IMG/VR virus record: IMGVR_UViG_3300044729_003978
Direction: 5' to 3' (one strand)
Length of the DNA: 61,408 nt
Origin: an uncultured virus (IMG/VR IMGVR_UViG_3300044729_003978)
Taxonomy: Duplodnaviria > Heunggongvirae > Uroviricota > Caudoviricetes
Below are positions 1 to 9,115 of this stretch, one piece after another. Each line of letters starts with the position of its first letter. Position 1 is the first letter of the stretch. The notes under the pieces are model-generated. The model was not told the origin of the DNA. It worked only from the letters and a program-made list of their open reading frames with translations, and did not search any database. Both the position numbers and the translations under genes were made by a program.

Positions 1-56
1 TTTGCTCCATAAAAAAAGCAAACTCGCAACCTCTATAAGAGTTTATTGAAGAAGCT

Positions 57-497
57 CTAAGAAATTTTATTTCCATTTTTAACCACTTTGATTTCTAAGT
101 TTTTTTCGGATGAAACTATGTTTATTATATAATCTGATTTTTTATAAACATAATTGTTCATATCTTTTATTTTTTTTGGATTAAATCCGCCAGTAGAAAC
201 CAAAAAAACAGAATTAGAGCTTTTTATTATTTTTTTAAACTTGTTCTTTATGGGATCTGGCCAACTATGATCATTATCTTCGTAAGGAACGACTACTTCT
301 CTTAAGATGCCTATTTCAGAACAGACCTCGCAAAAATCCATTGATATTCCGTTTTTATATTTTCCAATACAATGAATGGTTCCTTTTGGGAATGAAGCAA
401 GAAATTTTCTTATGGAGTTGTATATCTTAATCCTTGCTGGATTATCGCTGTCGTATATGTCAGACAGTATTGAAGATTCATTCATCGCAACTATCAT
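57..497 (-). CDS. SLOG/YspA (DUF1273)-like protein
   Basis: G-x-x-M-D-F, VVVPY..W and MNNYVYKKSDYII segments resemble the YspA/SLOG fold. Confidence 0.5.
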   Translation of the reverse strand: MIVAMNESSILSDIYDSDNPARIKIYNSIRKFLASFPKGTIHCIGKYKNGISMDFCEVCSEIGILREVVVPYEDNDHSWPDPIKNKFKKIIKSSNSVFLVSTGGFNPKKIKDMNNYVYKKSDYIINIVSSEKNLEIKVVKNGNKIS

Positions 498-1131
498 TAA
501 TTATCTCTTTCATTATATTTTTTAGTTTTTCATTCTGTTCTTCTATGGACATATGTTGGTTGTCTATGGTGTAGCTTTTTATGGTGTCGAAATTGTAATT
601 ATCTAAAGCTACTTCGCTCTCATGATTGTTTGATGTGACGTTTCTAGTCAATCTTATTACTGTAGGCTTATATTTTAAACAATAATCTATTTCGTTTGGA
701 AATCTAGCGTCTGCAATAATTGCAAAATCAAGACTCTCTTTTTTGATTCTCTTTATTGTAGAGCGAACCCAGCAATCGTTGTCAAATTTTCTAAAAATAT
801 CTGTACCCCATATTTGCATAACCTCACGAGCAGTTAAGCTATCGTCTAGCTTTGGCGCACTTGGTTTATTCATTATAATAGCCAATCTGTCTTTTGGTAA
901 GGGTAGATCTCGCCACTTAAAATTTGTTTTGGTGTTCTTATCAAAATCAGAACCCCAACACTGCTGATTAGCAAGCCCAAATATGTTCTCGCATATGTTT
1001 TTTAATTCTCCAGCAAATGCGTATATATCGCAAGTTTTACCAAAAGAACACAGATTTTTTTTAATTAAATTCGCGGAGGTATCTTTTCCGCTTTGTGCTT
1101 TACCCGTTATGATTATTATCTTTGTATTCAT
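478..1131 (-). CDS. deoxynucleoside monophosphate kinase
   Basis: P-loop GKAQSGKDT, REVMQIWGTD and DARFPNE motifs of phage dNMP kinases. Confidence 0.85.
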   Translation of the reverse strand: MNTKIIIITGKAQSGKDTSANLIKKNLCSFGKTCDIYAFAGELKNICENIFGLANQQCWGSDFDKNTKTNFKWRDLPLPKDRLAIIMNKPSAPKLDDSLTAREVMQIWGTDIFRKFDNDCWVRSTIKRIKKESLDFAIIADARFPNEIDYCLKYKPTVIRLTRNVTSNNHESEVALDNYNFDTIKSYTIDNQHMSIEEQNEKLKNIMKEIINDSCDE

Positions 1132-2176
1132 AGCGCCTTCTCAATACTGATAGTTGAGGTTTTATGAACATATTATAGTCTTCTGTCTTAAGATCTCCAG
1201 GATCCTTGTTGTCAGGAAGTATTAATTTTTCTACTGAAATTCTATCTTTAAAAATAGAATCAGCTTTTTCAAAGCCAGATTTACCAGCAAGGTCAGAGTC
1301 AAAAGCTAGGGCTATGCATTTAAAATTATGTTTCTTTATTTTATCAAACTGATCCTTTGACAATGAGCAACCAAAAGAAGCTACGCAATTTTTAACACCA
1401 AACTCCCAAAGTCTCCAAGCGTCAAATGGACCTTCGACTACTATAAGAAATCCTAGTCTTTCGGCCCATCTTTTTGCTTCGTGAAAATTATAAAGCTCCC
1501 CGCTCTTGTTAAGACCTTTTGGGTAGTGTCTCCATTTTGAAAAAATTGCAGTGAAATTACCCTCAGCATTTGCCCATTCTGGATGATATCCGCCAGTTCT
1601 ATCACTTTTTTCATAAACGCTTCTGCCAGTAAAACCAACCAGCTGCCCGCCCTCATTTCTTATAGGTATCATCAATCTATTGTGCTGCATTTTAACTTTG
1701 TTTTTGGGAACCCCAGACTGAAAATGAAACAAAGTCTTTTCCGAGAAACTTCTATCAGATATGCTTGAAAAGTCAGCCTCTAGATTTTCTAATATTGATT
1801 CGTCTAGTATTTTATTTGGCGGATTTGAAGTGAAGACTTTTTCTTCAGGTGTATATCCAGCGTTTATTTCTGGATTGTTGACAATCTGAAGAATCCAATC
1901 AACGCAATCATTGTAGCCAAAGTTCTTTACGGCTCTTATCAAGCCTATTATGTCGTTTCCGTATTTTTTGTGACAGCCGTGAGTGAAGCACGACCAGCAC
2001 ATTCTTCTTCTATCAAAAGAAAATGCGGCTGGATTATCACCGCCGTGTATTATGCATTTTTGCTGAATTCCCTTTGGTGTTATAGAATCAAAACCTAGAG
2101 CCTCTAGGATTGGAAGATCGTATGAATCTGCTAATTTTTTAAGTTCAGAACTGGAGATCTTCGTCGTCGTCATCAT
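1100..2176 (-). CDS. dnaG: DNA primase (CHC2 Zn finger + TOPRIM)
   Basis: CIIHGGDNP..WSCFTHGC zinc finger, RLMIPI, VEGPFD and AFDSDLAG..KDP TOPRIM motifs. Confidence 0.92.
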   Translation of the reverse strand: MMTTTKISSSELKKLADSYDLPILEALGFDSITPKGIQQKCIIHGGDNPAAFSFDRRRMCWSCFTHGCHKKYGNDIIGLIRAVKNFGYNDCVDWILQIVNNPEINAGYTPEEKVFTSNPPNKILDESILENLEADFSSISDRSFSEKTLFHFQSGVPKNKVKMQHNRLMIPIRNEGGQLVGFTGRSVYEKSDRTGGYHPEWANAEGNFTAIFSKWRHYPKGLNKSGELYNFHEAKRWAERLGFLIVVEGPFDAWRLWEFGVKNCVASFGCSLSKDQFDKIKKHNFKCIALAFDSDLAGKSGFEKADSIFKDRISVEKLILPDNKDPGDLKTEDYNMFIKPQLSVLRRRYEYKDNNHNG

Positions 2177-3608
2177 TTTCTAGACCTTCACCAATAACCT
2201 CAAAGTTAAACTTTCCTTCCGTGAATTGTGACTTGTCCATGTTTGAAACTACATTTATGTACTCTGAGGAAGAATCCATGCCTTTTCCGTATCTAGTTTC
2301 AACAACAACCATTTTTCTGTCGCCGTTAGCCTTGCTGTCACCAGCGGCTATATCTTCGTCGGTCTTCTTCTTTAAATAAGCTAAACTTGAGCAAAGCCAA
2401 AGAATTCTATCGCTTCCAGAAACAACACTAGTGTCTTCTTTATTTATTCCATCTCTATTTAACTGAACTGTTGCTAGAACTGGAACATCGCTTTTCACGG
2501 CAAAGTTGTGAAGCTTTGTTATAAAATCTCCTAAGTATTGGTACTCCTGAAAATCGCCCAAATCTCCTAGATCCATTGTTTTTAGATAATCCAAAATAAT
2601 TAGGCAGTCTTTAGTCGATCCATCTTTGTTTTTACCAACAATGCTAGCTAGCCATCTTCTGCAAACCGAGAATATCTCTTGCGGCTTAAGTCCTGCTACA
2701 GACGTGTGATAAAAAGGAGTTGATTTAAGGTTCTCTATAGTTTCCTTAATTATAAATGAAGATCTCTCGCTAGAGGCGAAAGCGCCGGTTTCGATCTCAG
2801 ATTGTGGTATTCCAGAACAAAGAGAAACCCATTTTACAGTCTGTGTTTCTTTCTTCATCTCTGTATCTAGGTAAAGAACAGGAACGCCGTTTGAGGCAAC
2901 ATTCTTTGCAACGTTAAGGCAAAAGGTGCTTTTACCGACCTTTGGTCTAGCGCCAACTACATTAACCGTTCCTCTCCTATATCCACCACCTATGCACTGG
3001 TCGTACCTAGGGAATCCTGTCGGCATACCAGCATAGCTTACTGGATTATTTTTAATATACTCTATATGCCCAAGAGCAAAGTCACATATATTTACATAAT
3101 CGTTTTCCTTCTTTATCTCTGGAATGAAACTAAATATGGTCTCTTCTACCTTGGTTACTATTTCGACTATGTCTTCGTCGCCGCTAGTCTTGCAGAGATC
3201 TGAATAAGACTCCTTTAGCTTACTGCCTAGCTTTCTAACTATATGCCAATACTTGACACGCCTAAGCGCGAGATTGGCATCGGCCTCGCTAACATTCTTT
3301 GAGTAACAGGCTTCCAATTTTTCTAGGAAAGTTTCTTTATCATGGGTTGTCCATGATGCGGAATTTCTAGCAAAATTTGCCACGGCCTCTATTGACGGTT
3401 CTTCTGAATGGCGAGACTCATATGAATTTTTGATAGACTCAAAAATAAGACCGTGATCTTTATCCTTGAAAAAGGAAGAGTCTATATCTGATATGCCAGA
3501 ATAAAAATTCTGAGACCCGCATTTTACAGCGTATCCCAGAATTGATACCTCAGAGTCTATATCGAAAGACTTATCCTGCACGACACTTGTTGCATTTGAT
3601 CTTGGCAT
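2145..3608 (-). CDS. dnaB: replicative DNA helicase
   Basis: Walker A GARPKVGKS, ILDYL and QLNR motifs; adjacent to primase; true start may be slightly downstream. Confidence 0.93.
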   Translation of the reverse strand: MPRSNATSVVQDKSFDIDSEVSILGYAVKCGSQNFYSGISDIDSSFFKDKDHGLIFESIKNSYESRHSEEPSIEAVANFARNSASWTTHDKETFLEKLEACYSKNVSEADANLALRRVKYWHIVRKLGSKLKESYSDLCKTSGDEDIVEIVTKVEETIFSFIPEIKKENDYVNICDFALGHIEYIKNNPVSYAGMPTGFPRYDQCIGGGYRRGTVNVVGARPKVGKSTFCLNVAKNVASNGVPVLYLDTEMKKETQTVKWVSLCSGIPQSEIETGAFASSERSSFIIKETIENLKSTPFYHTSVAGLKPQEIFSVCRRWLASIVGKNKDGSTKDCLIILDYLKTMDLGDLGDFQEYQYLGDFITKLHNFAVKSDVPVLATVQLNRDGINKEDTSVVSGSDRILWLCSSLAYLKKKTDEDIAAGDSKANGDRKMVVVETRYGKGMDSSSEYINVVSNMDKSQFTEGKFNFEVIGEGLENDDDDEDLQF

Positions 3609-4071
3609 TCGCGCCCGATTCTAGCATACCGACTGGGTATTCTTTATTAAAATCAAAATCAGAACCACATAACGCACACTTAACTACATTTGCTTTATAA
3701 TCTGGTCTTTTTTCTTTTTTTCTTTTTGGGATTGATTTAGCTAGTTTTTCGTACTCTGGATTATTATCTTCTGGAAGCTCAAAGTCCTTGCTAGATATAA
3801 ATTGCATATCAGAGTTGTTAGTAGCTGCAGGCCTTGGTTTTTCCTTGACAACCTCATGAGTGTCTATATACTCTAAATCTTCAGCTTCATCTGAGAGTAT
3901 ATGAATTGCCATTCGGATTTTTTTACGATAGTCTTCAGCCACAGAGCTTTTATTTGTAGATGCTAGAGTCTTCGGCGGCTTATCCCCAAATATATATTCA
4001 TAAAAATCCCTGACAAGCTCCATATCATTCGTCATTATTGCTTTTTGTAATTGTTCTTTTCTGTCATTCAT
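3571..4071 (-). CDS. hypothetical protein with C-terminal CxxC..CxxC zinc ribbon
   Basis: CALC...CNKC; tiles with neighbouring genes. Confidence 0.6.
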   Translation of the reverse strand: MNDRKEQLQKAIMTNDMELVRDFYEYIFGDKPPKTLASTNKSSVAEDYRKKIRMAIHILSDEAEDLEYIDTHEVVKEKPRPAATNNSDMQFISSKDFELPEDNNPEYEKLAKSIPKRKKEKRPDYKANVVKCALCGSDFDFNKEYPVGMLESGANAKIKCNKCRAG

Positions 4072-4072
4072 T

Positions 4073-4570
4073 TTAAACTCTCTTTTCTATAGCTAGAGAT
4101 TTCATTGAGTTTGCTAAAAATTCAATCTTTCTGTCTATGTCTTCAAGCATCGTAACCTTGGAGGCAAATTGTATTTTTGCAGATTCTAATTCCTTGGCCA
4201 CGGGATCATTTCTTTTAATTATAAGACTTTTCTCGCCCAAGCCGTATCCGTTTGTATTTGATATCTCTCTCCCGATTATACTATCTATGTTTGCCTCACA
4301 CCAGTCCCTAGCTGATTTCATTTTATTTATCTCAGTCTTTATAAATAGCGCGTATTGAGCTAGTCTTATACAGTTTATAGAAAGCTCTTCGCCTCCTATG
4401 CTCTTAAGCTGTTGTCTAGATAGATTTATTATAGTATCAATTTCTTCTGGAACAGTAAAATTTAAAGAGACAGTTCCTTGCATCTGGTTTATCTTTTCTA
4501 GAATCTTATTTTTTATTGACTTGTCTTCAGAAGAAGTATTTTGCTGCATCTTTAATATTCCTGATCTCAA
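4073..4570 (-). CDS. hypothetical helical protein (possibly UvsY-like mediator)
   Basis: coiled-coil character; lies between RecA and DnaB. Confidence 0.45.
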   Translation of the reverse strand: MRSGILKMQQNTSSEDKSIKNKILEKINQMQGTVSLNFTVPEEIDTIINLSRQQLKSIGGEELSINCIRLAQYALFIKTEINKMKSARDWCEANIDSIIGREISNTNGYGLGEKSLIIKRNDPVAKELESAKIQFASKVTMLEDIDRKIEFLANSMKSLAIEKRV

Positions 4571-4922
4571 TTAGTCTTATATTATTAAGCTCGCAGAAGA
4601 ATTTTTTTGTTTCGTCTCTTTGCTTCTGACCTTCAAACTCAGCATTAGATTTATGAAAAAACGGATTCATTTCGTCGTGTTGTTCGCCCTGAACTTCAAC
4701 CGCTATCTTCCTGTGCGGAATATAAAAATCTAACGAAAGCCTAGTGTCTGGTATTGTTATATCTTCAAGAACCGGGTCTAATGGATATCTACCCTTTATA
4801 ATCTTGCCTATCTCATGTTGGATTTTAGATCTGCAAGTGTAGGATGATTTCATTGGCCATGAACTTTCTCGAAGATCCCAAGTTATTATCTTGGTCGGAT
4901 CGTTCACAGATTTTACTTTCAT
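4527..4922 (-). CDS. DUF559/Vsr-like PD-(D/E)XK endonuclease
   Basis: LDFYIP..IAVEVQGEQH..RDETKKFFCELNNIRLIEI signature. Confidence 0.8.
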   Translation of the reverse strand: MKVKSVNDPTKIITWDLRESSWPMKSSYTCRSKIQHEIGKIIKGRYPLDPVLEDITIPDTRLSLDFYIPHRKIAVEVQGEQHDEMNPFFHKSNAEFEGQKQRDETKKFFCELNNIRLIEIRNIKDAAKYFF

Positions 4923-5230
4923 TTCTTCTTTGTCTTTTTCTTTGAGTTAGAAATTATGTCTTCTAGACTTATATCGTGATTTCTGTGGTAAAAGTACCAT
5001 CCCTTGACTTCTTTACTATATTTCACAAGATCTTCAACTGTTACAGAGGATTCCTCTATTTCGTGTGGGATATCCTCTAGACTCATATCATTAATTTCTG
5101 CCATTATATCCCTAACAGCCCAGTCTTTCCAGACTGGAAATGTGAAAGAAACCTTTACCATTTTTAGGCTTTCAGCGGAAAGTGGACTCGCGATTATTTC
5201 ATTATTATCTTTTATTTTCTTGAAATTCAT
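4919..5230 (-). CDS. hypothetical protein (paralog of 34502..34852)
   Basis: AGGAG SD; shared motifs with 34502..34852. Confidence 0.65.
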   Translation of the reverse strand: MNFKKIKDNNEIIASPLSAESLKMVKVSFTFPVWKDWAVRDIMAEINDMSLEDIPHEIEESSVTVEDLVKYSKEVKGWYFYHRNHDISLEDIISNSKKKTKKK

Positions 5231-5239
5231 ATATACTCC

Positions 5240-6211
5240 TTATATAGCCATTGTTCTTATTTGATCATAAATTTCTTTGCTTAGCTGTTCGTTTTTTCTC
5301 AAGTGATCTATTACATTCATTTGGCCTTGAAGTTTTTCTTTGTTTCCTGGGACTGTGTACCATGCTCCAGATTTTGATATTATACCAAATTCACAGGCTA
5401 GATTAAAAAGATCCATCGTTTCATCGACGCCCTTTCCGTATATTATAGGTATAGACACATCGGCGCCTGGCGAACCAAGAGCCGAAGCGACTATGTAAAA
5501 ATGCGCATTTTGGCCTATCGTTTTACTGTTTGTGTCCTCTATATCTTGTTTCCAACCACCCTCAAGCCAAACAGAAGCTCCGTATTGAGGCGCATTTCCA
5601 CCGACCCCGTAACTCTTTTTGCCAGGTCCAGGGTTGGGATTAGCAATCATGTGAGTGAGTGCTATGAAGGTGCTTTTTGTGACAGGTAATATTTGGCTTA
5701 CTCGTCTAAACATTTTATACATTAGACTAGCAGTTCCAGCCATTTTAACGCCATCGCCTATATTTGAAGAAAGCTCAGCCTCAGGACATAGTGCGGCTAT
5801 CGAATCTAGTATACAAATGCATCTAGGGTAGTCTTTGAGCGTAGTGTACAGCAGATTAAGAAAGTCTTCGGCGCTGAGTATCTTGTTTTCATTTGATCTG
5901 ACTATTGCAACATTTTCTCTGTTCAAGTCTGGAAAACAGTCTAGAAGTTCTGTTCTAAGACGACCCTCAACATCAAAAAAGAAGGCCTTTTTAGTTGGAT
6001 CTTCTCTGTGACATTGTTGAACGTAATGCAGAGCAAGAGTCGTCTTTCCAACCTTTGGCTTGCCGCTCATCAAAACGCTAGAACCCTCTGGTATACCGCC
6101 AGATAAGGCTATATCAAGAGATAGTGTTGTCTTGAATGTTCTTCCCTGTTCTTCCTTAAGCGACGTTATTGGTATTAAAAAGTTTTCTAGGGTTAGATCT
6201 GATTTACTCAT
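5240..6211 (-). CDS. recA: RecA/UvsX-like recombinase
   Basis: SLDIALSGGIP, Walker A GKPKVGKT, ILDSIAAL, GGNA and KSGAWY motifs. Confidence 0.92.
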   Translation of the reverse strand: MSKSDLTLENFLIPITSLKEEQGRTFKTTLSLDIALSGGIPEGSSVLMSGKPKVGKTTLALHYVQQCHREDPTKKAFFFDVEGRLRTELLDCFPDLNRENVAIVRSNENKILSAEDFLNLLYTTLKDYPRCICILDSIAALCPEAELSSNIGDGVKMAGTASLMYKMFRRVSQILPVTKSTFIALTHMIANPNPGPGKKSYGVGGNAPQYGASVWLEGGWKQDIEDTNSKTIGQNAHFYIVASALGSPGADVSIPIIYGKGVDETMDLFNLACEFGIISKSGAWYTVPGNKEKLQGQMNVIDHLRKNEQLSKEIYDQIRTMAI

Positions 6212-6666
6212 ATTATTGATTCTTTCTTTGTGTTCCTAGTAAAGGTTAGGTCCTTCGGGATATCGACAACCTTCTTTTCTTGTTCTTCGTTTGAGCTAGA
6301 AAGCTCTGATTGGTATAGGTTATATATAACAGTTTTTTGCTTGTCTAAAGGCAAAAATCTAAATGTTACAATTCCCCTGCCTTTAACGTATGATAAAACG
6401 TTTTTGCTACTGAATACCTTAAGAAGGTTTTTGACGTACGAAATTTCTAAGCCATACTCTTCGGACAATTGTTTAAGCGCAGGATTTTCCTTGCAAACAG
6501 ACTTTCTCCAAAAAGGAACCAGGGGCCTTGTTATTTCAGCCCCTGATTTTGCCCGCCACTTAATTTTATTATCAATTATAATTTCTGTGATGTGGGCGGA
6601 TATTGGTACTTTGAGCTTTGGTACGAAGATGCTGTCGTAATCTTTGGGATCAATATGTCCTGGCAT
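6208..6666 (-). CDS. hypothetical protein
   Basis: stop overlaps recA start (ATGA). Confidence 0.55.
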   Translation of the reverse strand: MPGHIDPKDYDSIFVPKLKVPISAHITEIIIDNKIKWRAKSGAEITRPLVPFWRKSVCKENPALKQLSEEYGLEISYVKNLLKVFSSKNVLSYVKGRGIVTFRFLPLDKQKTVIYNLYQSELSSSNEEQEKKVVDIPKDLTFTRNTKKESII

Positions 6667-7055
6667 ATGTAAGCTTCTCTTTCTTCTTTTTCAACGAGAT
6701 TCAAATTTGAGTCATACCAAGATATCAAAACCTTGCGTGACTCACTATCATGATAGCCTATGCCATAATGTTCTTTTGATGAATCTTCTCCGAGAATTAA
6801 AGACGCTCTTTTTGAAAAGAAGAAGCTTTTAGCTGTTCCATTTCCAACGCAAACGCTCTTATAATCTTTATTACCTTGACTAGTTCTTTTAAACAACTTA
6901 AGAAATACTGGATATTTTTCTTTGTTTACTAAATCTTGAATGCAGAACCATTCAGATTTTTCTCCAGGGGTTTTTACATCCTCAAGAGCATGAGAACCGT
7001 CGTTAAACTTAATACCCCAAAAAACTTCTAGTGATTGGTGTGGTTCTGTTCTCAT
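6576..7055 (-). CDS. hypothetical protein
   Basis: tiles in the operon. Confidence 0.55.
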   Translation of the reverse strand: MRTEPHQSLEVFWGIKFNDGSHALEDVKTPGEKSEWFCIQDLVNKEKYPVFLKLFKRTSQGNKDYKSVCVGNGTAKSFFFSKRASLILGEDSSKEHYGIGYHDSESRKVLISWYDSNLNLVEKEEREAYICQDILIPKITTASSYQSSKYQYPPTSQKL

Positions 7056-7318
7056 TATAATCCCCTCGCTCCATCAGCTCTCTGAGATTCGCCTTTGGTT
7101 CTTATTGCAAAGGTTTGCTTTTCAGTAGACCCAGTTGATGCTAGATATGGCTTAGATTTTGACGACTTTTGCTCAACTAGATTGAAGTGTTCATCTAAAA
7201 TTGCTGAAATTTTTTCACAAATAATCTCTGAATCTGAATCTCTGCAATTGTTAGATACGGCATTGAATACGTCTTTTTTTAACTTCAATATTTTTGTTTT
7301 GTTCATTATCTTTTCCAA
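7055..7318 (-). CDS. hypothetical protein
   Basis: tiles in the operon. Confidence 0.5.
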   Translation of the reverse strand: MEKIMNKTKILKLKKDVFNAVSNNCRDSDSEIICEKISAILDEHFNLVEQKSSKSKPYLASTGSTEKQTFAIRTKGESQRADGARGL

Positions 7319-7644
7319 AATGTGTTTGCCTGCATTAAAAAGTAACTATTTCTATTCTTTAGATACTTTAGATATTCCTCAAAGCATTCCTTGTTTACCT
7401 CTTGAAACAAAAACTCATTTTCAGTTCTGAGAACGCTTTTCTGATCTATATCATCTATTATAGGATTGAATAGTCTTCTTTGTCTTTTTGATTGCTTTAC
7501 AAAGTGTTTTGTTGTAGATCCAGCTAGAGTCTTTTTTGCTGCAGCGCTTTCTTCCGATTCACAACCAACGCCTTGTTCATTGTAGTATTCAACGGAAGGA
7601 CTGTCATTGTTAATTATTTGTTTTTGTTCGCTTATGAATTTCAT
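7306..7644 (-). CDS. hypothetical protein
   Basis: ATGA coupling with the upstream gene. Confidence 0.55.
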   Translation of the reverse strand: MKFISEQKQIINNDSPSVEYYNEQGVGCESEESAAAKKTLAGSTTKHFVKQSKRQRRLFNPIIDDIDQKSVLRTENEFLFQEVNKECFEEYLKYLKNRNSYFLMQANTFWKR

Positions 7645-7940
7645 ATTTTTTTAACAACAAGTCTATTTATTTGCTTGTCATCCTTGCTTATTACAACCGA
7701 TTTTATTATAGCAGTTTTTTGTGTTGGAGTTTCTATTGGGCTACAAGAAAGTTTTCCTTTAACAAGATGCGTGCCAGAAGTTGGAAGCTTTTCATTTTGC
7801 CAACGAGCCTCGATATAGTTATCCATATCAGAAGATCTTATTATTATTTCAGCCATCTTAAGACCTGTGTTGTCACATATTAAGGTTCCAATAGTTGCTT
7901 CAAATCCTTCTTTTTTTATTTGTTCAACTTTAAAGCTCAA
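7641..7940 (-). CDS. hypothetical protein
   Basis: tiles in the operon. Confidence 0.5.
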   Translation of the reverse strand: MSFKVEQIKKEGFEATIGTLICDNTGLKMAEIIIRSSDMDNYIEARWQNEKLPTSGTHLVKGKLSCSPIETPTQKTAIIKSVVISKDDKQINRLVVKKI

Positions 7941-8287
7941 ATTTTTTTCTCTCCTGTCATTATGTAATGAGTCTTTTGCGCCTGAGTCATTTTGGCTAGA
8001 TCGCGCATGTGCGCCTTCCTCTTTCTAAGAGCCTTCTTTTTAGAATCAAATTCTAGCGCAGACTTCGGAAGTTTGCCTTCTTTCACAAGATTTTCCGTAT
8101 TTTTATTAGCTAAATCACCAATTGTTTTAGGTTGGCTAGCATCTATTACAGTATTTATTCCAGAGTAGTCTCTTATGTATTTTCCACCGCATTTTTTGGG
8201 ACACGAGGTTGGCTTTTCATCTGTCATTTTTAAAAAAAGCTCTTCTGAGAAACCGCAAGTATCACAGTAAAATGGGTATATTGGCAT
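7937..8287 (-). CDS. FmdB-family zinc-ribbon protein
   Basis: MPIYPFYCDTCG...CPKKCGG N-terminus. Confidence 0.8.
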   Translation of the reverse strand: MPIYPFYCDTCGFSEELFLKMTDEKPTSCPKKCGGKYIRDYSGINTVIDASQPKTIGDLANKNTENLVKEGKLPKSALEFDSKKKALRKRKAHMRDLAKMTQAQKTHYIMTGEKKI

Positions 8288-8664
8288 TATTTGACTCTTA
8301 TATATTTTTTATATCTAGGAATAGTCTTAAAATCTTCTGAAGAGGAAGACATGTAGAAATCGCCCTCTCTAGTTAGGTTTCCTATTTTTACTTGCTCTTC
8401 GCATAAAACTACAGAGTAGAGTTCCTCTATTATATACTCGTCTGTTTTTGTGATTAGAATATTTTTATTTATAGAAAATTCTAAATCGCTATTTGCATAT
8501 TTGTGGCAAAGAGAGGCTAGCTCGCAAGCCTTCTTTTTTATGTCTTTTTCTAAGACGTTTTCGTATATATATGTATCTAATTCAAGACCAGCATAAAATG
8601 CCGAGTACAGCTTGAGCAATTCAACTTTGTTTTTCATTATATATTTTTCTGCGCTGATTGCCAT
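8287..8664 (-). CDS. hypothetical protein
   Basis: ORF preceded by GTGTAT-N8-ATG. Confidence 0.55.
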   Translation of the reverse strand: MAISAEKYIMKNKVELLKLYSAFYAGLELDTYIYENVLEKDIKKKACELASLCHKYANSDLEFSINKNILITKTDEYIIEELYSVVLCEEQVKIGNLTREGDFYMSSSSEDFKTIPRYKKYIRVK

Positions 8665-8677
8665 AAAAATATATACA

Positions 8678-9115
8678 CTATTCTATACCCGTAGAACCAA
8701 AGCCGCCATCAGCTCTTTCTGTTTTAGAAATCGATTCTACGATTATGATTTCAGCTCTTTCGTATTTAGAAAGAACGGCCTGAGCTATTCTATCTCCTGG
8801 TTTTATTATAAATTCTTTATCACCTATATTATAAAGTATTACCCCTATCTCTCCTCTATAATCAGAATCTATAGTACCTGGAGCATTCAGAACAAAAATA
8901 CCGCTTTTTGCGGCTAAACCGCTCCTTGATCTTATCTGTATTTCATGGCCGCTTGGTATTTCTAGTGAAAGATTTGTTTTTACCAAAGCTATTGATTTTG
9001 GCTGAACAATAATTTCTTCAGAAGAGCAAACGTCCATACCAGCAGATCCAACTGTTGAATATTTTGGTATTTGCTTTAGTTTTTTATCATCAACAAATTT
9101 AAGATTTACCTGCAT
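8678..9115 (-). CDS. dut: trimeric dUTPase
   Basis: AGMD, RSGLA, GTIDSDYRGE, RIAQ and RADGGFGSTG motifs. Confidence 0.97.
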   Translation of the reverse strand: MQVNLKFVDDKKLKQIPKYSTVGSAGMDVCSSEEIIVQPKSIALVKTNLSLEIPSGHEIQIRSRSGLAAKSGIFVLNAPGTIDSDYRGEIGVILYNIGDKEFIIKPGDRIAQAVLSKYERAEIIIVESISKTERADGGFGSTGIE